Notes under the pieces: generated by a model
Told to the model about the DNA's origin: nothing
Seen by the model: only the letters and a program-made list of their open reading frames with translations
Databases searched by the model: none
Part shown: one piece after another, positions 36,967 through 46,259 of the stretch
Numbering within the stretch: position 1 is the first letter of the stretch
Layout of the letters: every line of letters begins with the position of its first letter
Position numbers and translations under genes: made by a program
IMG/VR virus record: IMGVR_UViG_3300032050_000072
Span: 19,618-83,617 of that record
Strand: one strand, 5' to 3'
DNA: 64,000 nt
Source of the DNA: a virus

Positions 36967-37862
36967 GATTCGATCTCCTGTTGTTCGGTTGCTTCGCCGC
37001 TGTAGCCGAGAACCTCAATCTCGATCACTCCGCGATCGGTTTCGCTCGGCCACGGATATTTGTCGAAGTTCGGCTGGCCTTTGAGTTGTGCGATCTCGTC
37101 GACGATGGCCCGCATTTCGACTGACGCCTCAAGCATCGTCTTCGGACCCAGCCGATAGACCGCCGTATCGTGCGGCCATTGATTGCCGACGACCAAAAAA
37201 TAAAAGCCTTGCAGGTAATCCTCGGGCATCCCGAACGCGAGATTCCTGCCCTCGCAGTACAGTGCCGCCGACAGGTCGTAACGGAACTGCCGCACAGCCC
37301 GCCGAAAGCCAGCCGGACTTGGATCGGCAAGGCACTTGATATCGAGCACCGTGCCGATGATGCCGTCGTCGATCACGCGATCGAACCGGCACTTGAGCGG
37401 CAGGCCGCAGACCGGCTCGGTCCAGAACAGCGAAAGCTCATTGGCTCCCTGCTGTTGAAGTAGCCGCCCGGCCTCCTCGTGATCCCACAGCGAGTTCGCC
37501 ATGATCTCGATCCGCTCCAGGTCTTTCTCTTCGATCGCAACCTGATGCGGCTGGAGCTTGTCGGCAAACTCGCGGAACGCCTTGCTAGCCGATCCATGCG
37601 AACAGACCTGAACTATCGACCCGAACTCACTCGGCTCCAGCACCGCAGCGTGAACCGCCGTGCCGATATTCGCCGAGTAGCCGATTTTCTTAGACTCGCG
37701 ATCTTTCTTGATCCGGTAGTGCCAGTATTCTTTCGGGCTCTTGGCGAACAGCTTGAGCGTCGAACTGCTGTCGTGCTCCGTGCCGTGGTACTCGTGATTC
37801 GGCATCGCCTCAATCACTTCCAAGGCACCGACCGCTCGAATTGTGTCAGCTATGTTTTGCAT
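36963..37862 (-). CDS. PD-(D/E)XK exonuclease (RecE / exonuclease VIII-like)
   Basis: EYH..SSSTLK, GTAVHAAVLEP, ELSLFW, KCRFD..LDIK. Confidence 0.85.
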   Translation of the reverse strand: MQNIADTIRAVGALEVIEAMPNHEYHGTEHDSSSTLKLFAKSPKEYWHYRIKKDRESKKIGYSANIGTAVHAAVLEPSEFGSIVQVCSHGSASKAFREFADKLQPHQVAIEEKDLERIEIMANSLWDHEEAGRLLQQQGANELSLFWTEPVCGLPLKCRFDRVIDDGIIGTVLDIKCLADPSPAGFRRAVRQFRYDLSAALYCEGRNLAFGMPEDYLQGFYFLVVGNQWPHDTAVYRLGPKTMLEASVEMRAIVDEIAQLKGQPNFDKYPWPSETDRGVIEIEVLGYSGEATEQQEIES

Positions 37863-37868
37863 ATCGTC

Positions 37869-37897
37869 ACTATATCACAGAGATAGACCATTGTCAA
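37869..37897 (-). promoter_or_regulatory. Sigma70 promoter / operator cassette 7 (leaderless, recombination/replication operon)
   Basis: TTGACA-17-TATAGT, 6 nt before ATG 37862. Confidence 0.8.
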
Positions 37898-38032
37898 CAG
37901 TTAAAAAATCGGTTTTGGTAAGGCAAATTATTTTGCGTCAGAATTATCGCCCGTTCTGGTGGTTTCCTGCTAGGTAGATTGCCTATAGAATGTCAGTAAA
38001 TAGGGGCTTACTCCAGCCAGCAAAGGTGCCCT

Positions 38033-38380
38033 ATGGGTGAGTGGATGTCGTCGCGTGATATCGAATCGTCTTTTACGGAACCGCTGCTCAAGTTCGTCGG
38101 CTCAATCAATTCCATCTGCGATCGGATGCGTGACCGCCAAGCGCCTCCGATACTCCTAAATACCGCCCAGGCTCGCCGCTCAATTCAGCACTTGTGCTTC
38201 GAGTTCTTGCACGAGCTTGAAGGCAAGAATCGGCAAGACGAACTCGGGATGCTTCGCCGCCGTGGTGCGTCCGACAAGCCCGAAGACGATGAGCCAAAGC
38301 CTTCGCGGCCCGGTCGCGGCAGCAAGAAACCGCAAGCCGCTCGCAAAGCCAAGCGACCACCGAAGCGAAAAGCGGCCTGA
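38033..38380 (+). CDS. Hypothetical protein with basic tail (possible regulator)
   Basis: Divergent from promoter 7; AAGG SD; followed by a hairpin and T-run. Confidence 0.55.
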   Translation: MGEWMSSRDIESSFTEPLLKFVGSINSICDRMRDRQAPPILLNTAQARRSIQHLCFEFLHELEGKNRQDELGMLRRRGASDKPEDDEPKPSRPGRGSKKPQAARKAKRPPKRKAA

Positions 38381-38466
38381 CCGCCCATCTGGGTGATTGG
38401 TTTTTTCTCTGGCAGATTGCATGATATTCGCCAGAGGATTCGCCAACCCTGAATGGAGTAAATCTC

Positions 38467-38751
38467 ATGGTTTCCGCCGCCCCGAAAGGTCGCCGCCTCG
38501 GCTCAAAGAACAAGCCCAAGGACGTTTCACTCACGCGCGTCATCGCCGAGAACCGGGCATACGAACGCGACACGCTGCTATCAATCACCGGCATCAGCCG
38601 CCAGCTATTCGAGCAAATGAGGCGCGACGGATTGCCCGCCACGAAGCTCGGCAAGAAGACCTGGATTCTCGGCAAATACTTTCTCGCCTGGATCGACAGC
38701 CAATGCACGACCACCGCGTCTACGTCGTCGAGCCAGCCGGACGAAAACTGA
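38467..38751 (+). CDS. Excisionase-like HTH protein
   Basis: TGISRQLFEQMRRDGLPATKLGKKTWI winged-HTH pattern, GGAG SD, immediately upstream of int. Confidence 0.7.
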   Translation: MVSAAPKGRRLGSKNKPKDVSLTRVIAENRAYERDTLLSITGISRQLFEQMRRDGLPATKLGKKTWILGKYFLAWIDSQCTTTASTSSSQPDEN

Positions 38752-39899
38752 TCCTCAAGTGGTTTTGCCCGCACAAGCGTCGTTGGGTGACTCGCTCGAC
38801 TCGCACGAATGATCGCAAAGAGGCGAACCGGCAGGCCCGCCAATTGCAGGCCGAGTTGATCGCCGGAACTTACACGACCGCAGGCGAAACGCCTTGGCCC
38901 GAGTTTCGTGCCGCCTATACCGAGTTCACCGTCAGCAGCGGCATGTCGCGCAATGGCAAGATCAAGGCCGAGTCGGTGCTCAATGCGGTCGAGAACATCC
39001 TTAGACCGACCACGATCGGCGACGTAGCCAGCAAACCAGCCTTGCGAAAGTTCCGCAGCGACTTTGGCGCGACGATCTCGCCTAAGACCGGCAGCACACG
39101 CTCGCCGAACACGGTTCGCTCGGCCATGCGAACCCTGATGGCAGCCTTGCGATGGGCAGCCAATGAAGCTGACATGATCGACGAGGCTCCCAAGATCGGC
39201 AAGGTCGCGGTCGATTCGGTCGACCCGATGCGTGGCAGGCCATTGAGCGAAGCCGAACTGAAAATGATGCTGGATATCATCCCGTCCGTCGTCGGCCCAT
39301 TGCGGGCAACTGAGTGGGCCAGAATCGTGAATGGGCTGGTTGCCAGTGGGCTCCGGCTCGGCGAAGCTCTCGACGCCCATTGGACCGACGACGACCGCAT
39401 CCGGCCCATTAAGACCGGCTCGTCCTGGCGACTGGTGATCCCGGCGTCGCAGCAGAAAAGCCGCCGCGATAACTCGATCCCGGTCACGCCACAGATGGCC
39501 GCGATCCTCGACGCCGAGACTGACCGCACCGGCTTCGTCTTCCGCGTGCTGAACGCCAAGCAGCAGCGACCGACACCCGACACGGCCTGCCGCACCATTA
39601 GCGAGTTCGGCAGGCGCGCATCGGTCATCGTTAAAGCCAGCGCCTCGTCGCCGCAGTATGCCACGGCCCACGACCTGAGACGGACCTGTGCCCAGCGGTT
39701 GCTGTCGGCGGGAGTTTCGCCCTTGACGGTCCAGCGGATCATGCGTCACAGTAGCCTCGCCGTCACGCTCGCCCACTACTCGCAGGCGGTCATCGAAGAC
39801 GACGCCCGTGAGTTGGAGTCGAAACTTGGTCGCACTTTTGGTCGCACTCATACCACACCACCCGATAGCGAGTCAGATAAAAATGCAGCAAGTGACTGA
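38703..39899 (+). CDS. int: Tyrosine integrase
   Basis: Catalytic R (SGLRLGE), K (QKS), HxxR (HDLRR), H (MRHS), Y (HYS); start ATG 38703. Confidence 0.92.
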   Translation: MHDHRVYVVEPAGRKLILKWFCPHKRRWVTRSTRTNDRKEANRQARQLQAELIAGTYTTAGETPWPEFRAAYTEFTVSSGMSRNGKIKAESVLNAVENILRPTTIGDVASKPALRKFRSDFGATISPKTGSTRSPNTVRSAMRTLMAALRWAANEADMIDEAPKIGKVAVDSVDPMRGRPLSEAELKMMLDIIPSVVGPLRATEWARIVNGLVASGLRLGEALDAHWTDDDRIRPIKTGSSWRLVIPASQQKSRRDNSIPVTPQMAAILDAETDRTGFVFRVLNAKQQRPTPDTACRTISEFGRRASVIVKASASSPQYATAHDLRRTCAQRLLSAGVSPLTVQRIMRHSSLAVTLAHYSQAVIEDDARELESKLGRTFGRTHTTPPDSESDKNAASD

Positions 39900-40100
39900 A
39901 AAATAACGACTTACGACAACTTGGCCCAGTGGCGGAATAGGCAGACGCAAAGGACTTAAAATCCAACGGCCTATCTTGATGCTATACTGATCTTCGGCAG
40001 ATCGCTAGAACGCCTTGGTTTTAACTGGCAGAATCATCGGCAGATTCCAATGCTTTTGCCAGTTGATTGCAGTTCTTGGTCGCACTTCTTGTCGCACTCA
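39826..40100. other. attP: 5' half of tRNA-Leu(UAA) (39923-39964) flanked by tandem arm-type repeats
   Basis: GGCCCAGTGGCGGAATAGGCAGACGCAAAGGACTTAAAATCC then diverges; TTGGTCGCACT tandem pairs at 39826-39850 and 40076-40100. Confidence 0.8.
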
Positions 40101-40101
40101 A

Positions 40102-40311
40102 TCAGTCACCGCACCTGCACGCCGCAGGCATCTTGCCGCACTCTTCGCACGGCTTAACATCGTCTTCGACGCACTCGCAAACGCCAGCCCGCTTGTCGCA
40201 GAGCCAGCAGATCAAGCCGGAGCCAAGACAGTCGATACATCGACCACCGGACTCGTAGCGGCCCTTGCCGTTGCACCAGATGCAAGGTCGGCGGATCATG
40301 ATTGTGGTCAT
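40102..40311 (-). CDS. Small Cys-rich zinc-finger protein (DnaJ-like CxxCxGxG)
   Basis: CIWCNGKG, CIDCLGSG. Confidence 0.55.
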   Translation of the reverse strand: MTTIMIRRPCIWCNGKGRYESGGRCIDCLGSGLICWLCDKRAGVCECVEDDVKPCEECGKMPAACRCGD

Positions 40312-41021
40312 TTGCGAACCTCGTGCCAGTGATCCCTGTGCGTAGCCGGGTCCAAAATGCCGTCCAGCGGATCGCCGACCCACAGGCGGCAATGCTGATG
40401 CTCGGCGTGCCACTCCGGCCCAGGGCAGTACGTGCCGCCATCGGCTCCGATATTCTGGGCGCGGCTCAAGACCGGATAGACCTGATAGCGGTCGCCACGA
40501 ATGTGCTTGTTGACTCCGATATCCCACGGGTGATAGCCCCAGTTCTTCTTCATTTCGACGAAGCGATCCTCCCAGGTGCCCCAGCCCCAGGGCGAGAACC
40601 ATTGGTCGCGGCCCAATTCCTTGAACATGCCGCGATGGTGTCGATCGGTGCGGTTGTTCCAGGCCGTCACCGTGAAGACTTCGCGGTCGTCGCGGTAGGC
40701 GTTGTTCATCCAGGTGAACATTTCCAGGGCGTCTTCGCCGAGCAGCACATCGTCCTCGACATGTACGACGAACGAGCCGTGATCGAACCCGAGCGACAAG
40801 GCTTGCAGCGTGTTCTCGCCGCAGCCGAGCTTCTGGCGATTCTCGACCAGTACCACATCGCAGGGAATCGTCTCGATCGCCGCGATGATCTCGCCCTTGA
40901 ACTCACTCGGCTCGATGCAGGCGATCAGTGTGGAATTGCCGATGCCACGAACCTTCGCCAGTGCGGCAGCCCATTTTCGCGTGTAGACCGGACGGTTGAA
41001 TTGGCAGGTTGTCAGTATCAT
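40308..41021 (-). CDS. GT-A fold glycosyltransferase
   Basis: FNRP, HVEDD, FSPWGWGTW, SRAQNIG. Confidence 0.75.
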   Translation of the reverse strand: MILTTCQFNRPVYTRKWAAALAKVRGIGNSTLIACIEPSEFKGEIIAAIETIPCDVVLVENRQKLGCGENTLQALSLGFDHGSFVVHVEDDVLLGEDALEMFTWMNNAYRDDREVFTVTAWNNRTDRHHRGMFKELGRDQWFSPWGWGTWEDRFVEMKKNWGYHPWDIGVNKHIRGDRYQVYPVLSRAQNIGADGGTYCPGPEWHAEHQHCRLWVGDPLDGILDPATHRDHWHEVRK

Positions 41022-41037
41022 TTCTCGCGCCTATACT
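41009..41037 (+). promoter_or_regulatory. Plus-strand sigma70 promoter for a moron-like gene
   Basis: TTGTCA-17-TATACT. Confidence 0.6.
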
Positions 41038-41078
41038 TTGGTGAATGTCAATCTATTCGCCACCTGGAGTCAATCAGC

Positions 41079-41288
41079 GTGCAACCAGCACAAATGTCTC
41101 GCTTCTGCAAAGTCTGCGACCGAAAGACGCTGCACACTGAGGAACAACGCGGCTGCGGACACCTGATCTTTGCTCTCGTGCTCGCGATCCCGACCGCAGG
41201 CTTGTCGCTGCTCTGGCTGGCGGTGATCGGCTTTGTGCCGACCGTCAAGCGATGCCAAACCTGCGGAACCGGACGAATCCGAATCTGA
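41079..41288 (+). CDS. Small CxxC-TM-CxxC (LITAF-like) membrane protein
   Basis: GGAG SD, GTG start; FCKVC..hydrophobic hairpin..RCQTCG. Confidence 0.6.
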   Translation: MQPAQMSRFCKVCDRKTLHTEEQRGCGHLIFALVLAIPTAGLSLLWLAVIGFVPTVKRCQTCGTGRIRI

Positions 41289-41388
41289 AAATATGACCAG
41301 TGCCGCTCTCGCGGAAACGGCACCGGCCCCTGCGGTAGATGGTAGTTGCAATGCCGCAGGCCAATTGCAAGCTCCGCAACTTGTTGCG

Positions 41389-41808
41389 TTAAAACGGAAT
41401 GTCTTCGCCGCCGCCGTGATCTTCACCGGCACCGGCTGGTGCTGGCTCACGCTGCGGAGCGCCGCCGCCTTCACGCTTCGACCCGACCATCTGCATCCGG
41501 TCGCCGATCACCTTGAGCTTCTGCCGACGCTGACCGCTTTCGCGGTCGGTCCATTGCTCCAGCTTGAGCTTGCCCTCGATCAAAACCGACGAACCTTTCT
41601 TGAGGTACTCGGCAGCGACCTCGGCTTGACGCTCGAACAACGTGACATCGACGAACGTCGTCTCGTCGACCCATTGACCGCTCGCGTCTTTGCGGCGATC
41701 GTTTACCGCGATCCCAAGATCGCAGACGGCCTTGCCTCCCGGCGTGTAGCGGAGTTCAATGTCCCGCGTCACGTTGCCCATCAGAATCACTCGATTGAAA
41801 CTACTCAC
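41389..41808 (-). CDS. ssb: Single-stranded DNA-binding protein
   Basis: FNRVILMGNVTRDIELRYTP, YLKKGSSVLIEGKL, acidic tail EDIPF. Confidence 0.95.
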   Translation of the reverse strand: MSSFNRVILMGNVTRDIELRYTPGGKAVCDLGIAVNDRRKDASGQWVDETTFVDVTLFERQAEVAAEYLKKGSSVLIEGKLKLEQWTDRESGQRRQKLKVIGDRMQMVGSKREGGGAPQREPAPAGAGEDHGGGEDIPF

Positions 41809-41818
41809 GTTCGATCTC

Positions 41819-42625
41819 CTACCTGTAGAACTTGCTTCGTAACGAACGCGGCACACTTGGCAAAGAGGCCACCAGAATGGCTCTGATGCCTTCCGCCATT
41901 GCAGCCGCACACTTGGAACCCCTGCCGTAAATTTCGATCGACTTGCGAATCCCCTTGGCCTGTGCCGTCTTGAGAATCCCGACCACCCTCCTGTCGTCAA
42001 CTCCTATGTCGATCGAACGAACCGAGAACTCAAAGATGGCCCTCAAAACCTCGCCAGAAATAAGCTCGCCTGGGCGAGTAATTTCAAGCATTGTGTCGAC
42101 GGACTTCTTGGCATTTTCGATCCTGTCTTCGCGCTCAATCATCTTCTCGATCACTCTCCAGCAGCGAACGGTCTTGTACTGGCCGATCACGTTCCTGCCG
42201 TCACTAAAACGATACCCATGCGACAGAAACTTTTCTCGGATGTCGATCAAGGCTTGATTTCCAGCCGTGACCAAGTTTGTCGCCAATGAATTTGGCGTCC
42301 ACGGGCTTCGCGTCGTTTCTATGCGGTACGCTTCGGCTGCACGGTCTGCTCTTGTTTCAATGTCAACCACATTGCAAGTCAGCGACTTGATGCACATCAT
42401 TTCTGCGGCCATTCTCCTGGCCTTGCCATCAAGAACGACGTACATGCCATCTGGCCTTTTGGCAGCACTGATCGCGGTGTACTTTGCGTCGCACCACGAG
42501 AACGCAAGTGCCTCCGCACGCCATCCGTACTCGGCCTGTCTTCCAACTCCGTCTTCGACGATCAGCCGATCGAGAGGAACGCTCTCGATTCGAGGCATTG
42601 GGATTGCATCCACGCTAGGCTCCAT
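41819..42625 (-). CDS. ParB-N-like protein
   Basis: VPLDRL, YVVLDGKARRMAA. Confidence 0.6.
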   Translation of the reverse strand: MEPSVDAIPMPRIESVPLDRLIVEDGVGRQAEYGWRAEALAFSWCDAKYTAISAAKRPDGMYVVLDGKARRMAAEMMCIKSLTCNVVDIETRADRAAEAYRIETTRSPWTPNSLATNLVTAGNQALIDIREKFLSHGYRFSDGRNVIGQYKTVRCWRVIEKMIEREDRIENAKKSVDTMLEITRPGELISGEVLRAIFEFSVRSIDIGVDDRRVVGILKTAQAKGIRKSIEIYGRGSKCAAAMAEGIRAILVASLPSVPRSLRSKFYR

Positions 42626-42833
42626 TCAAAAACGACTTCAACTCGATCCCCAAAAACTCGCACAGCCGCATGATCCGCTGGACCTGCACCAGCGACTTGG
42701 TGTTGTTCTCGAACTCGTAGATCACGCTCGCTGGCACGCCGGTCTGCGAGCAAAGCTCGACTGCCGACAGGCCAGCCGCCTTGCGTCGCTTGCGGAGTTC
42801 GCTGCCGAGCGTGCTTTCTTCGATCTTGTTCAT
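42615..42833 (-). CDS. XRE-family HTH regulator (Cro/CI-like)
   Basis: LRKRRKAAGLSAVELCSQTGVPASVIYEFEN. Confidence 0.8.
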   Translation of the reverse strand: MNKIEESTLGSELRKRRKAAGLSAVELCSQTGVPASVIYEFENNTKSLVQVQRIMRLCEFLGIELKSFLNGA

Positions 42834-43081
42834 GGCTGAACCTCCTCGGCGAAGATATGCCAGATCAGGCCATCGTTCGTGACGGTCCCGATGTAATCGC
42901 CGCCTCTAAGCGGTCTTCCAGTCCAGATGCAATGAAACTTGTACCGCACCAGATTGTTGGTGGTGTCGACGATCGCCCAGACACACGGAACGCCCTCAAG
43001 GTCTTTGCCGACGTTGACGAACTTCGCTCCGGCGTGAATATCGCAGTCGCGGTCGAGTCGATACTTGTAAACGGTTTGCAT
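42830..43081 (-). CDS. Conserved phage hypothetical protein
   Basis: MQTVYKY..CVWAIVD..TG..YIGT..WHIF. Confidence 0.7.
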   Translation of the reverse strand: MQTVYKYRLDRDCDIHAGAKFVNVGKDLEGVPCVWAIVDTTNNLVRYKFHCIWTGRPLRGGDYIGTVTNDGLIWHIFAEEVQP

Positions 43082-43084
43082 GGC

Positions 43085-43267
43085 TTACTCCGCTGCGATT
43101 GCCAAGCGACGATCGGCGACTTCGGCGCTGATCGCGTGACGGGTGAGGGTATTGAGCAGCACGGTCGTGTTGACGTAGAACGCACCGCGAAAGCCAGTCT
43201 CGGCCAACTCGATGAGTTGCTCGGTGGTCATGTCGGCGAACGCGGCGATTTGTTGGGCTTGGGTCAT
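43085..43267 (-). CDS. Small hypothetical early protein
   Basis: GAGATCAAGATCATG leader. Confidence 0.65.
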   Translation of the reverse strand: MTQAQQIAAFADMTTEQLIELAETGFRGAFYVNTTVLLNTLTRHAISAEVADRRLAIAAE

Positions 43268-43315
43268 GATCTTGATCTCACTGTGTTTGGTGGTGGTTGT
43301 CGTGTTGACTCTTAA

Positions 43316-43344
43316 AGTATATCGTCCCGATAGACAGTTGTCAA
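43316..43344 (-). promoter_or_regulatory. Sigma70 promoter / operator cassette 8
   Basis: TTGACA-17-TATACT with a perfect dyad. Confidence 0.85.
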
Positions 43345-43859
43345 CAAGTAAAACGGAAAAAATCGAAAAGATTTTACGCTCGATGAACTGCCAGAATCTC
43401 GTCCAGGTCGTGCTCGACCGTCTCGCCATTTGCCAACCTGACGTAGACCGTATCGTCGCGACGACCCGCGAACATCCCGGTGACACCGTGCTCGGCCAAG
43501 TGCGATCGAAAGCTATCCTCGGTCGGCTCGACGCCGCCCTGAAATTCAAACGGCAGGATCAGCAGCCGATCGCCGCGCTTGAGTTGGTCGATCTGCTGCA
43601 TCAGTTGAACGGTCTTCATTCTGGCGACCCCCAGATCAGTTCGTGGATTCGGTCGAGCAGCCGCCGAGCGATCCCACGGTATCGGCACATGAATTGAGAT
43701 CGCTGCATTTCATAGACGATGTAGCCGTCAAAGAACGGCCTGTTGCTGCTGATATACTCGCCGGAATCGGTGATCGCCAAGACCTTTACAACCGCTGGCA
43801 TCCCGTCAATTCGAGCCCACCAGCGTTCGCCGACTTTTGGATCAAGCATCGCCAACCTC

Positions 43860-44528
43860 CTAGTTGAGACTCGGCTTCGACTTGGCCGAACGATCGACCG
43901 CATCGAGGCGAACCTGTTGCAACAGCTTCTCGATATCAGGCGACCTGCCGTGGAACGCCCAGGCACCATTGATCGCTAGCCAGTCACGATCGCCGTCCTT
44001 CTTTTCGTGCCGCATGGAAGCCGACCACATCGCGTGATCGTAGGCACTCAGCACGCTCACGGTCAGCAGTATGTCGTGGCCGACTCGGACTACTTCGTCG
44101 ATCTGGCCGTGGCCGATCTCGTCAGCGACTTCGTTGGCCTTTTGGCGAAGCTCGACTTCAAGCTCCTCCCGAGTCTCGGCGTCGGTCTTCAACTTCACGC
44201 CTACGGCCAGCGCCACGATGCCGACGTAATCGCAGCCGCCGAGAAGCATGGCCCGCACGCCTTGAATCAGGTACTTCTGATGCTCGTGAATCGACTCGCC
44301 TTTCGGAATCACCGCGACCTGAAAGCCGCAGTTGCCTTGCGGGTCGAACTTCGCGCCGATCAAGTGGCCGAATAGCTGTCCGTCCCGCTCGACAGTTTCC
44401 TCGGCGACCGCCACGCACTTGCTGGCGACCCTCATCATTAGAGCCTTGTCGCCACTCGGCTTCGGCTTCTCGGCTCCGCTGGCCGGGGACTTGCCTGCGA
44501 AGTCTCCCGGCTTAAAACGACTGGTCAT
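43860..44528 (-). CDS. Hypothetical protein
   Basis: 222 aa, AGGAG SD. Confidence 0.65.
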   Translation of the reverse strand: MTSRFKPGDFAGKSPASGAEKPKPSGDKALMMRVASKCVAVAEETVERDGQLFGHLIGAKFDPQGNCGFQVAVIPKGESIHEHQKYLIQGVRAMLLGGCDYVGIVALAVGVKLKTDAETREELEVELRQKANEVADEIGHGQIDEVVRVGHDILLTVSVLSAYDHAMWSASMRHEKKDGDRDWLAINGAWAFHGRSPDIEKLLQQVRLDAVDRSAKSKPSLN

Positions 44529-44539
44529 GGTTCGTGCTC

Positions 44540-45490
44540 CTAGATCAAAGTTGGTTTGTAGGTTGGGTGGATCGACTCCATCGCGATCTTGTGAGCCCAG
44601 AACATTTGCTCGGCGGTCAACTTGCCGAACTGGCGGTACTTGGCGAACAGATTGCGTCCGAAGTTGTTCGTGGTGATCCGCAGGTGCTCGACGGCTTGGG
44701 CATTGGTCAAGATCGTTTCGACCTTCTCGCCCTTCTTCGACGCCAGCACGCGGGCTTCGCTGCCGACATCCTTGAACTCGTTGTCGAAGCCTTTGTGCTC
44801 GGCCTCGCCAGTCGGCTTGCCGTCGCCCTCGCCTTGATCGCCACCTTCCGATCGCTCGTTGTTTCGCTCTTGCTCGCCCGACTCGCCCTGGCCCTCGCCT
44901 TGTTGTTCCTCGGGCTCATCTTGCTTTCCGGCCAGTGCGTCGAGCATCTTCTCGATCATCTTCTGCTCGAACTTGCCTGCGTCGGTATCCGGCAGGCCCT
45001 CGCGGTCTTCGGGTTCGAGTTGGCACTCGGCGGATTGATCGCCCTGGCCCGACTCGCCTTGGCTGCCGCCTTGCTGACCGGCACTCTGGCCTTTGCCATC
45101 GCCGCTTGCCTGCTCGCTGGCTTGCTGGCCCGACTCGCCTTGCTCCTGCGACTCGTCCGACTTGCCGCCATCGCCTTGCTGCTGATCGGACTCCTGGCCG
45201 TCTTTCGGCTTTTGCTGATCGTCCGACTTTTGGCTTTCGTTCTGCTTGTCGCCCTGCTCTTGCTCGGACTTGTTTTGCTTGTTCGGCTTCTGCTCGCCCT
45301 TCTCGCCCTTGCCGTCCTGCTCGTCTTCGCCCGCTTGATCGTCGTCGCCTTGGCTCGGTGGAGGCGGCATCAAGGCAGCCATCATCGCCGCTTCGAGTTC
45401 GCTGGCGGTCGGTTTCTCCTCGGGTGCCTTAAAGGCATTGGTGGCATAGTTGATAACTCGCGCCGGTCGTTCTGCGATTGCTGTGGTCAT
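44540..45490 (-). CDS. Protein with long Q/E/G-rich low-complexity region
   Basis: Leader GAGATCACGATCATG; disordered centre, folded-looking C-terminus. Confidence 0.7.
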   Translation of the reverse strand: MTTAIAERPARVINYATNAFKAPEEKPTASELEAAMMAALMPPPPSQGDDDQAGEDEQDGKGEKGEQKPNKQNKSEQEQGDKQNESQKSDDQQKPKDGQESDQQQGDGGKSDESQEQGESGQQASEQASGDGKGQSAGQQGGSQGESGQGDQSAECQLEPEDREGLPDTDAGKFEQKMIEKMLDALAGKQDEPEEQQGEGQGESGEQERNNERSEGGDQGEGDGKPTGEAEHKGFDNEFKDVGSEARVLASKKGEKVETILTNAQAVEHLRITTNNFGRNLFAKYRQFGKLTAEQMFWAHKIAMESIHPTYKPTLI

Positions 45491-45534
45491 GATCGTGATC
45501 TCGTTTTGGTGGTGGTTGTCGTGTTGACTTGCTT

Positions 45535-45563
45535 AGTATATCGTCGTGCTAGACCATTGTCAA
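45535..45563 (-). promoter_or_regulatory. Sigma70 promoter / operator cassette 9
   Basis: TTGACA-17-TATACT. Confidence 0.85.
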
Positions 45564-45689
45564 TTAGAAAATTTGGCGTTTTCTCGATTTTCAGGTCGAC
45601 TGTCAGGTGCCCCGATCCTTGTGAGAGCGTGGGATTTAACCGTGCTGGCCCTGGGCGGCTCCTCACCGCCCGCCAAACTTTCCATTGAA

Positions 45690-45884
45690 CTAGACTTGCT
45701 GACGACGACGAAGCTCCATCGAGCAGTAGCAAACCTCGTCGGCATAGTAGCCGTTGTTCGGGTTGCTCGGGTTCGCCGCGATCGCCTCCTGGGCGTCCTT
45801 GATCGTGAACATCAGAGCCGCGACATCCATCGTGCGGCACTTGCGTTGGTAAGCTGCGTGATTCATTTGCTTGTCGGCGACCAT
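45690..45884 (-). CDS. Small hypothetical early protein
   Basis: Follows promoter 10 and the leader motif. Confidence 0.7.
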   Translation of the reverse strand: MVADKQMNHAAYQRKCRTMDVAALMFTIKDAQEAIAANPSNPNNGYYADEVCYCSMELRRRQQV

Positions 45885-45930
45885 GATCGTGATTCCTGTT
45901 TTTGGTGGTGGTTGTCAGTTGACTCTACTA

Positions 45931-45959
45931 AGTATATCGTCACGATAGACGCAAGTCAA
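45931..45959 (-). promoter_or_regulatory. Sigma70 promoter / operator cassette 10
   Basis: TTGACT-17-TATACT with a perfect dyad. Confidence 0.85.
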
Positions 45960-46259
45960 CAACAAAAACAAAAAAATCCGAAAAATTATCGCTCGGCGTA
46001 GACGCCCCAGCGGACATGATAGAACGCCCACCAAGTCGACCAGATGATCGCGATCGGCAGCCCGCCGATCAGGTATCCCGACATCGCCCCGACGAAGAAC
46101 CACAGGGCGGCGACCTTCCGCAGCAGGCGGCGATTCTCGACGGCGGCTGCCTGCACTCTGGCCCGCAGGTCGCGATTATGGTTCACGAACTCGCTGGCGA
46201 TCTCTGGCGGCGCGTATTGAGCCAACCAGCGAACCGCCGCAACTTGTTGCGGAGTCAGA

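Noticed and set aside
38397-38702. N-terminal 100-aa extension of the integrase in the ORF track
   Set aside because: Overlaps the excisionase-like gene in another frame; ATG 38703 gives a normal-length integrase.
38106-39851. 581-aa minus-strand ORF
   Set aside because: Antisense to the integrase with no recognisable motifs.
39923-39964. Functional tRNA-Leu or a prophage/host boundary
   Set aside because: It lacks the variable arm, T-arm and 3' acceptor strand; phage genes and phage motifs continue on both sides.
44534-45688. 384-aa Leu-rich plus-strand ORF resembling a membrane protein
   Set aside because: Antisense shadow of the Q/E-rich gene, which has the promoter and leader.
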